Of a stretch of 38,200 nt of DNA, positions 24,884 through 30,934 are shown piece by piece. A program made the translations under genes and the position numbers. Positions within the stretch are counted from its first letter, which is position 1; each line of letters begins with the position of its first letter. The DNA is from an uncultured Candidatus Saccharibacteria bacterium (GTDB taxonomy: Bacteria > Patescibacteriota > Minisyncoccia > Minisyncoccales > CAYTKG01). The DNA is taken from positions 1-38,200 of the forward strand of contig CAZCSI010000001.1 of assembly GCA_964501525.1 (NCBI GenBank), written 5' to 3'. Under the pieces are notes generated by a model. The model was not told the DNA's origin. It ran no database searches and saw nothing but the letters and a program-made list of their open reading frames with translations.

Positions 24884-25540
24884 ATGAAAAATAATTTTTT
24901 TAAGCTTTTGTTTCCCAAAAAATGTTTTGGGTGCGGCCAAAATGACACGTACCTGTGCTATGACTGTCTTTCCACCATAGACCTTATCCACTCCCCTTTG
25001 TTTAATCTTCATGGAATCTCCGGAGTTTACTTTGCAGCCGATTATCAGAACTTCATTGTCAAAAGGTTGATTAAAAAATACAAGTACCCGCCTTTGGCTC
25101 AAAAATTAGCCCTTCCTCTGGCTTCGCTTATTATAACTCATTTGGAGAGTTTAGAAAAGAGACCGCCTTTTCTAGGAAGAAAGGAAAACTGCTATCTGGT
25201 GCCCGTTCCTCTTTCTTCCAAGCGACTTCGATGGCGGGGATTTAATCAGGCACGAGAAATAGCGAACATCTTGTCCTTTTACTACCAAATTCCCCTGATT
25301 AAGGCGCTCGAGAAGAAAAAACCAACTAAGCCTCAAGTAAAACTTTCTCGGCAGCAAAGGAAAAGTAATATCAGCGGAAGTTTTTCATCTCCTCCTTCCA
25401 CCCACGGAAAAATAAAGAACAAAAATATCATACTGGTTGACGATGTTTCGACCACAGGTGCTACTTTATCAGAAGGCGCTCGTGTTCTGAAAAAAGCGGG
25501 CGCTCTAAAAATATATGGATTGGTTGCAGCCAAGGATTAA
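24884..25540 (+). CDS. comFC: ComF-family protein (ComFC-type phosphoribosyltransferase-fold competence protein)
   Basis: 218 aa. The N-terminal Zn-finger is CFGCGQ...CYDC. It also has RGFNQAREIA and the PRT motif ILVDDVSTTGATL. Confidence 0.85.
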   Translation: MKNNFFKLLFPKKCFGCGQNDTYLCYDCLSTIDLIHSPLFNLHGISGVYFAADYQNFIVKRLIKKYKYPPLAQKLALPLASLIITHLESLEKRPPFLGRKENCYLVPVPLSSKRLRWRGFNQAREIANILSFYYQIPLIKALEKKKPTKPQVKLSRQQRKSNISGSFSSPPSTHGKIKNKNIILVDDVSTTGATLSEGARVLKKAGALKIYGLVAAKD

Positions 25541-25594
25541 CAACACCGTGTTACATTATACTGCTTGGACAAGCCCGGAGCGTCTTCAACCTTT

Positions 25595-27379
25595 TTAAGG
25601 TTCTAACAACTTAGTATAAGGTTCACCGTCCAGCCGTAACAACAACCCCGGTTCCAAGCTGTCTACAATATTAACATACCCGTTCACAGCGTGAGCCACG
25701 CTGTCGGTCCGAATATAGTGTTCCTGCCTGTTCCAGAAGGCCCCGCCCAAGGCTTTGTCATTGTTTAAAAAATAGGAGTTAGCCGGCGTATAACTTCTTT
25801 CCATAATCCAGCGCGCTACTCGGACAACAGGTTCTTTGTATTGAGCACAATTCACCTGCTTTTGCTCTTGGCAGAAATTATAAACTTCGGAAAACACCTC
25901 GCATATCCATCCGTTGCCGCTTGTAGAGTAAGCTCCGGGCCACCTTCCATAATCCAATATGTCGTTTTCATTCCGAAGCTGCCTTTTTAAAAGATCGTCC
26001 GAGCACTGAAAAACAATATCCCTATAGTTTTCCTCTCCGCTGGCCAGATAATAATCCATAAGGGACATAATCAGCCAGGAACTGGAAATGGGGTTCTCAA
26101 CTCGATAATCGTCTCCCACATAACAACCCTGCCTTTCAACCGTTTCTCGGAAATTATCGGCTATCCTGCCGGCCCCTGTCAGATATTTTTCCTCTCCCGT
26201 GGCCCGGTAAATACGGGACAAGGCAGAAAGAACCTGTCCGTTGTAAAGCACAGAGTATTTCGTGGAGTGATACCACTTCCCGCTCTCATACCTTATATAA
26301 GACCTCATCCTCCCGTCTTGACCCTGCATGGTTAAAAGCCAGTCAGCGCTTTTCCGAGCTGCGCTCAAATATTTTTCCTCTCCCGTGTTTTGATAAAGTT
26401 CGAGCAGGGTGTAAATCGTTTTAGAGTTGGTGCCCACCACAAAATGATAGTCCTTTTCATTTTTTTCGAGGTTTAAAGAGTAATGAAAAGCCCCGACCGC
26501 TTTTTCTTTTTCCTGTTCCTGCATGGAAAAAACAAAATCGGTTGTCTTCCGAACCTGCTCTCCTATACGCTTGTCAGTTTTAAAATCATCTATTTTCAAA
26601 AGAGAGTAAAGCAGAGTTGAGGTATAAGTAGTCCGCAGACTGTTGTCAAACTCATCCCGGTCCGGATAATAATACTTATAAACACCTCCTTCTTGAGGAT
26701 GAATAACCCTAAATAAATACTCTTTACTCTGCTCTATCTTTTGCTCTAAGATATCACGGGTTACCAGGCGTACAGGAACTACACCTCCCTTCAGCTCCTC
26801 TGCCCTGCCCTCGTGCTCTATAAGAGAAAACATCTCTCCGTCCAAGGCTCCTGCTTCTATTAAAAACCTGGAGCCATTAGTTTCCCGCTCAGAAACATCT
26901 CCGGACTCCAAAGATTCGACAACAGCATTTTTCAAAACAGAAGAAAAAGTTCCGTCCTCTATTCTTTCTGCCTGAGCAACAACCTTTCCTTCCGAATAAA
27001 GAGTTACTTTTACCAGCCACCTGCCTTGTTTTTCAAAAAAATCAGGGGCTTCAAAAGATGAACCGGAATAATAACTTTCAGCTGCCTGCCGGGCAAAAAA
27101 GAGGATCCGGCTTCTAAGCTCGCTGTTGTTTTGCGGCGGCTGTGTATAGTCGTGAGAATTCTTTTTTGCCTCTGAACCCGGATCTGTCCGGCCACCTTTG
27201 CTTGAATCCGTAAGTGAAGGCAGTTCTATTAACCTGGCCCGTCTCTCAACCAAGATCACCTGGCTTAAAACAAAAGAAAAAACAAGCAGAGACAATATCC
27301 CTGCGACTAAAATCCATCTCTTACCCGCCTTTTTGTCAGCCAGCTGCATCCAATATTTTTTAAACTTTTTCCAACCCAT
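25595..27379 (-). CDS. Membrane-anchored protein of unknown function, with a C-terminal region resembling an (alpha/alpha)-barrel repeat fold
   Basis: 594 aa with one N-terminal TM (WILVAGILSLLVFSFVLSQVIL). Repeated Y.TGEEKYL..A...ADW/NF segments (YQNTGEEKYLSAARKSADWLL, YRATGEEKYLTGAGRIADNF, LASGEENYRDIV) are typical of six-hairpin/terpenoid-cyclase-like barrels. The function is not assignable. Confidence 0.6.
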   Translation of the reverse strand: MGWKKFKKYWMQLADKKAGKRWILVAGILSLLVFSFVLSQVILVERRARLIELPSLTDSSKGGRTDPGSEAKKNSHDYTQPPQNNSELRSRILFFARQAAESYYSGSSFEAPDFFEKQGRWLVKVTLYSEGKVVAQAERIEDGTFSSVLKNAVVESLESGDVSERETNGSRFLIEAGALDGEMFSLIEHEGRAEELKGGVVPVRLVTRDILEQKIEQSKEYLFRVIHPQEGGVYKYYYPDRDEFDNSLRTTYTSTLLYSLLKIDDFKTDKRIGEQVRKTTDFVFSMQEQEKEKAVGAFHYSLNLEKNEKDYHFVVGTNSKTIYTLLELYQNTGEEKYLSAARKSADWLLTMQGQDGRMRSYIRYESGKWYHSTKYSVLYNGQVLSALSRIYRATGEEKYLTGAGRIADNFRETVERQGCYVGDDYRVENPISSSWLIMSLMDYYLASGEENYRDIVFQCSDDLLKRQLRNENDILDYGRWPGAYSTSGNGWICEVFSEVYNFCQEQKQVNCAQYKEPVVRVARWIMERSYTPANSYFLNNDKALGGAFWNRQEHYIRTDSVAHAVNGYVNIVDSLEPGLLLRLDGEPYTKLLEP

Positions 27380-27399
27380 ATCCGCCTCAGTCGTTATAA

Positions 27400-27437
27400 A
27401 AGCTTTAAAAATGGAACCGTGTTAGCTGCACGGTTCC
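27400..27437 (-). terminator. Rho-independent terminator after the 164-aa membrane protein gene
   Basis: GGAACCGTG (27413-27421) and CACGGTTCC (27429-27437) form a 9-bp stem with a 7-nt loop. On the minus strand it is followed by ATTTTTAAAGCTTTT. Confidence 0.6.
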
Positions 27438-27510
27438 AGCCTCCGGCGGTAAAAACCGGACACAAACTGAAAGTTTTTCCACCGTTGACCGCGTCAAATC
27501 TTTCGCTTCG

Positions 27511-28005
27511 TCAAAACCTTCTCAGGGCTTCGTTTATTGCTATTTTAATCAGCTCCTCAAAAAGCACAGGGTCTACAGTATAAATAATAGCAAAAGAGGT
27601 GGCAAAAATAATACCGGCCAGCCAGCGGGTATACCTCCCCCGCGTATTGGTTATTAAAACCAATGAAAGAACCGCCATTAAAGCCGGGCTTATAACCTTG
27701 ATGTCGCCGAAAGGAACTTTGTAGCCCCGGATGTAAGCAGAAGACCTCCCCAAAAACACTGCCAGGTCAAAGTTTATACCAAACACCACGAAAAGAAGTT
27801 CTGCAATAAGCAGAGCCAGCATACCCCAGGAAGCAGCCTTGGTGCTCTTTCCTTCCGTCCTGTAAACCTCGTATACCGCTACGGGGATCAGTAAAACAAT
27901 AGGAATCAATGGCTGCGAATAAATCAGCCCCAAAATAATTCCCAGAATCGCCGCTACTGTTAAAATGATACATATGGTGGTTGCGTTTTTATACGGTTTA
28001 GCCAT
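27511..28005 (-). CDS. Hypothetical polytopic membrane protein
   Basis: 164 aa with 4-5 hydrophobic segments. I recognise no family. Confidence 0.55.
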   Translation of the reverse strand: MAKPYKNATTICIILTVAAILGIILGLIYSQPLIPIVLLIPVAVYEVYRTEGKSTKAASWGMLALLIAELLFVVFGINFDLAVFLGRSSAYIRGYKVPFGDIKVISPALMAVLSLVLITNTRGRYTRWLAGIIFATSFAIIYTVDPVLFEELIKIAINEALRRF

Positions 28006-28099
28006 GAATTTAATATGTTAATGATGAATAAAATATTAAGCTGATTTAATTATGGCATCTTCAGGGTCGGAAACCAAACATCTCCGGATTTGGTGCGTG

Positions 28100-28182
28100 C
28101 GGAGGGTGCAGGATTCGAACCTGCAAGGGTTTACACCCACCAGTTTTCAAAACTGGCGCATTAGCCGTTCTGCCAACCCTCC
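28100..28182 (-). tRNA. tRNA-Ser (anticodon UGA)
   Basis: Hand-folded. The acceptor is GGAGGGT/ACCCTCC, the anticodon stem CCAGT/ACTGG, the loop TTTGAAA, the T-arm GCAGG-TTCGAAT-CCTGC, and the discriminator G. A long variable arm (GGGT-GTAA-ACCC) is present. CCA is not encoded. Confidence 0.9.
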
Positions 28183-28224
28183 GGATATTTTAAAACCCAT
28201 CCGTACGGGACCGATAAAAGATAG

Positions 28225-28298
28225 TGCGCCCGGGAGGACTCGAACCTCCAACCTTTGGCTCCGCAAGCCAACGCTCTATCCAATTGAACTACGGGCGC
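28225..28298 (-). tRNA. tRNA-Arg (anticodon GCG)
   Basis: Hand-folded. The acceptor is GCGCCCG/CGGGCGC, the anticodon stem TTGGC/GCCAA, the loop TTGCGGA, the T-arm GGAGG-TTCGAGT-CCTCC, and the discriminator A. CCA is not encoded. Confidence 0.9.
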
Positions 28299-28367
28299 AC
28301 TGCTTTTATTAAACCATAATTTTTATTTGACTTAAAGGGTAAAACTGGTTAAAATGAGTTGAAGTTT

Positions 28368-28455
28368 GGAGGAGTACCCAAACGGTTACGGGAACAGTTT
28401 GCTAAACTGTGCCGCCTTGTGCGGCTTGTGGGTTCAAATCCCACCTCCTCCGCCA
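28368..28455 (+). tRNA. tRNA-Ser (anticodon GCU), CCA encoded
   Basis: The acceptor is GGAGGAG/CTCCTCC, the anticodon stem ACAGT/ACTGT, the loop TTGCTAA, the variable arm GCCGC-CTTGT-GCGGC, the T-arm GTGGG-TTCAAAT-CCCAC, and the 3' end is G then CCA. Confidence 0.9.
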
Positions 28456-28691
28456 AGTGGAAGATGGGTCGCGCGCAGCACACACTCGCCATCCTCTTCA
28501 TAATGGATTCTCAACACCGTCACGAATTTATAACTCTTTTCTTGCTTGCTCCAGTTGTTTTTGCATATCTATCTGCCTTTTAGTAGAATAAAGCTAGATT
28601 AAATTAATATTAGTACCTATTCGTATAATATGCATTCGCACAATACACAATTGAAAGTAATAATTGCGAATAAAGTGCGTATAAAAACGAG

Positions 28692-29378
28692 TTATGTGAA
28701 ATAGCCAGAAATTTATTTATTATTTTAGAATTTTTTGGCAATTTATTTCAGGTCGAACATAGCTTAAGATATAATTCAAAAAGTTAAAATTAATCAAGAA
28801 GGTGAAAATATAATGACGAAAGTAAAAAAAGAAAAAATTAAATGCCATATTTGTGGCACAGAATATGAGGGGCTCATCGTACATAGTTGGAACGAACAAT
28901 TGTCTGGTCCGTTTCCAAAAGATAAATACAAAATATCTTGTCCCAAATGTGGTGCTCCGTATAGAACCAAAATAAACCCTAGTGTTGGGACAGCTAAAGA
29001 TGTCCTAATGGAAATAGTTTCAAGCCCAGAAAAAGCAGGTGATCTTTTATTTAGACTTTCCCTTACCGAAGAAGATGTGGACAGATGGAAAAAGATTATG
29101 TTGGAAATGGACTATGAAGAATGGGAAAAGCATAACTTAGAGTTTCGAAAAGACATGAAGGACTTATCTGAAAACAGCAGCGCCAGACTTGATAAAAATA
29201 GTAAAAAAAGAGATGAACTTGCCAAGTTGAAACAAGAAGGAAAAATTCAAGAACTTATAGAAAAAGTGGTAAGTGCAGCAAAACAAAAAATAAAAGAGGA
29301 AAAAAATAAATATACAGTTTAACAATAAGTTGCCGAAAAATACATTAAGGAATAAAAGTTTCTGGCTACATCACATAA
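28692..29378. mobile_element. Possible inverted-repeat-bracketed cassette carrying one Zn-ribbon ORF (no transposase or integrase)
   Basis: The left arm (28692-28741) and right arm (29330-29378) are inverted. The core TTATGTGAAATAGCCAGAAA matches the reverse complement TTATGTGATGTAGCCAGAAA at 18/20, and TTTTTGGCAA matches TTTTCGGCAA at 9/10 (10/11 with one more flanking T), at the same spacing. The AT-rich middle matches poorly. The element lies next to the tRNA-Ser 3' end. Confidence 0.3.
28813..29322 (+). CDS. Hypothetical Zn-ribbon plus coiled-coil protein
   Basis: 169 aa. CHICG...(27 aa)...CPKCG is followed by a Lys/Glu-rich helical C-terminal half. A strong SD-like AAGAAGGTGA lies 9 nt upstream of the ATG, which is unusual in this window. 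Confidence 0.6.
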   Translation: MTKVKKEKIKCHICGTEYEGLIVHSWNEQLSGPFPKDKYKISCPKCGAPYRTKINPSVGTAKDVLMEIVSSPEKAGDLLFRLSLTEEDVDRWKKIMLEMDYEEWEKHNLEFRKDMKDLSENSSARLDKNSKKRDELAKLKQEGKIQELIEKVVSAAKQKIKEEKNKYTV

Positions 29379-29485
29379 TGGCTACATCATATAACAGGAT
29401 GTATCAGATTTAGTTTTTTCTGAAAGATCTCACCCAAATTTCTCTTCACTACGCTACGACAAGTTTCTGATACAAATAAACGCTG

Positions 29486-29549
29486 GGCGAAATGCCCAAA
29501 AACAATTTTTATCTTATAATTTGAGGTAATTGTTTTTGGGCACATCGCC
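29486..29549. repeat. Long near-perfect hairpin / inverted repeat
   Basis: A 15-bp perfect stem pairs TGCCCAAAAACAATT (29493-29507) with AATTGTTTTTGGGCA (29528-29542). A further 5 bp (29486-29490 with 29545-29549) follow across a 2x2 internal loop. The loop is 20 nt. Confidence 0.8.
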
Positions 29550-29612
29550 TAACAGCATATACGAGGTTCAAGAAAAAGTGCCTTAAATAATTTTCAATGG
29601 TTGCACTTTTTT

Positions 29613-29640
29613 TTCACACAAATTTCGCCTCCTCTATAAT
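29613..29640 (+). promoter_or_regulatory. Candidate sigma70-type promoter
   Basis: TTCACA (29613-29618), a 16-nt spacer, then a perfect TATAAT (29635-29640). Confidence 0.4.
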
Positions 29641-29645
29641 GAAGC

Positions 29646-29808
29646 AATAAGGAACTCGGCGGAACTTCTCATACACGCGAACGTTAAAGAAGAGAAGGGG
29701 TTTGCCGATAAGCTCGGCAGGGCCGAGCAAGGTCAGTGAGTCCGGCTGAAAAACCTGAAATTATCAGAAGCGGAAAAACAGCCCGCCAAACACCGGGCTT
29801 TTAATTTT
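29646..29808 (+). promoter_or_regulatory. Candidate structured 5' leader (riboswitch- or attenuator-like) or small RNA upstream of the PHP gene
   Basis: It lies between the candidate promoter and a terminator-like hairpin. Internal hairpins are GCTCGGC-AGG-GCCGAGC (29712-29728) and CTTCTC/GAGAAG (29665-29670 with 29692-29697). GGCGG (29658-29662) can pair with CCGCC (29783-29787), which overlaps the terminator 5' arm. I could not assign a class. Confidence 0.35.
29780..29808 (+). terminator. Terminator-like hairpin ending the leader, 22 nt before the first PHP-gene ATG
   Basis: AGCCCG (29780-29785) pairs with CGGGCT (29794-29799) across an 8-nt loop, followed by TTTAATTTT. Confidence 0.4.
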
Positions 29809-29829
29809 CCTGATAGTTATACTCATATA

Positions 29830-30891
29830 ATGTATAATAAAAAGCAGGGCGAGAATAAAATTATGAAAGAAGGATACCAAAACTTACACGTCCATACTCT
29901 AACCTCGGACGGCGAACTAACCCATAAACAGGTGCTTGACCTCTGCGCTGCGAACAACATTTCTGTGGTCGCGTTTACGGACCACGACTCTTTGCCCGGA
30001 AAAGAGGCATTGAGGGTTCTGGAAAAAAACAGAAACCATCCCACAAAGTGGGTTATAGGCATCGAAATCTCTTCAGGCTGGCCTAAAGAGGTTGGAGGGC
30101 CCGCTTCAAATTTTCACATTGTCGGTCTTTTTGTAAACCCCCTTGATGCTGCTTTAAAAAAACACTGCCGAAAAGCGAAAGCAGCCAGGATAGAAAGAAT
30201 GGAAAGAATGGTCAAAAATCTAAGGAAACTGGGGTTTGACATTACCAGAGATGAATGCCTTAAGGTCTCCGGCGGAGAAAGCGTAGGCAGAAAACACATT
30301 GTCAACGCCTTGTGCCGAAAAAATAAAAATCTGGATATCATTGAACAGCTGAAAAACAAAATGGCGCGTAAGGCAGAAAAAGACCCTGACACCAGAAATA
30401 AATACCAGGCAATGATAGATCGGGGCCCGAATCAATACCCTTACCGCCTCTTTCTCGACGACAAGGCCTTTATCAAAGGAGTTTTTGTAAACTATCTCTA
30501 CTGGCTGGATATGGATAAAAGTGTAGAACTGATACGCAACGCCCAAGGCATAGCGGTTTTAGCCCACTGGACTTTTTCAAGGCATGTAGTGGGAGAAAAA
30601 CTGGTCGGCAAGTTTTTCAAACAAGAAAGACTGGATGGAGCAGAAATCGTTTTCGGATGCGACACTAAAAGCAACTTAAAAGACAGCCGGCTCCTCGAAG
30701 ATATGAAAACCATGGAAGCGCTGACCGAAAAATACAAAGTTGTCCAAAGCGGAGGCGGCGATTCTCATTCCGAAGAAGATTTTAAAAGGTTTATCCGGGC
30801 AAAATGGTTGGCTCAAAAAACCACCGGCATGATTCAGAAAATGCAACAGAAGAAAAAACTGAACCTGCTAAACTCCTCCCTGCCCCGATAA
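29830..30891 (+). CDS. PHP-domain metal-dependent phosphoesterase (TrpH/YciV-like)
   Basis: 353 aa. It has NLHVHTLTSDGELT, AFTDHDSL, IGIEIS, AHW and GGGDSH. The start may instead be the ATG at 29863 (MKEGYQNLHVHT). Confidence 0.8.
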   Translation: MYNKKQGENKIMKEGYQNLHVHTLTSDGELTHKQVLDLCAANNISVVAFTDHDSLPGKEALRVLEKNRNHPTKWVIGIEISSGWPKEVGGPASNFHIVGLFVNPLDAALKKHCRKAKAARIERMERMVKNLRKLGFDITRDECLKVSGGESVGRKHIVNALCRKNKNLDIIEQLKNKMARKAEKDPDTRNKYQAMIDRGPNQYPYRLFLDDKAFIKGVFVNYLYWLDMDKSVELIRNAQGIAVLAHWTFSRHVVGEKLVGKFFKQERLDGAEIVFGCDTKSNLKDSRLLEDMKTMEALTEKYKVVQSGGGDSHSEEDFKRFIRAKWLAQKTTGMIQKMQQKKKLNLLNSSLPR

Positions 30892-30897
30892 ATTAAT

Positions 30898-30922
30898 TTG
30901 TGCAATACCAGGTATTGCACAA
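30898..30922. repeat. Perfect 12-bp-arm palindrome TTGTGCAATACC-A-GGTATTGCACAA
   Basis: It lies between the PHP gene stop (30891) and the recG ATG (30935). The arm shares an exact 15-mer, AATTTGTGCAATACC, with 36995-37009. Confidence 0.85.
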
Positions 30923-30934
30923 CTTGATTAAACT

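Noticed and set aside
28052-28583. Track ORFs 28052..28312, 28359..28583 and 28409..28591
   Set aside because: They overlap three well-folded tRNA genes and their flanks. They are spurious.
29387-29545. 52-aa minus-strand ORF (MCPKTITSNYKIKIVFGHFAQRLFVSETCRSVVKRNLGEIFQKKLNLIHPVI)
   Set aside because: It runs straight through the 20-bp inverted repeat, has no convincing RBS or family resemblance, and is below the ORF cutoff. It is more likely a by-product of AT-rich non-coding DNA. It cannot be fully excluded.
29631-29637. A direct repeat of the tRNA-Ser(GCU) 3' end as an attR site closing an integrated island
   Set aside because: Only a 7-nt match (CCTCCTC) to the tRNA 3' end is found near the far side of the AT-rich stretch. 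That is too short to be meaningful, and no integrase is present.
29729-29790. Resemblance of AAGGTCAGTGAGTCCGG...GAAGCGG to the SRP RNA domain IV (GGUCAGGUCCGGAAGGAAGCAGCC) or to the RNase P GAAAGUCCGGGC motif
   Set aside because: The segment does not fold into helix 8 with a GNRA tetraloop or the symmetric/asymmetric loops, and the surrounding sequence lacks the other conserved elements. I treat it as an unclassified leader instead.
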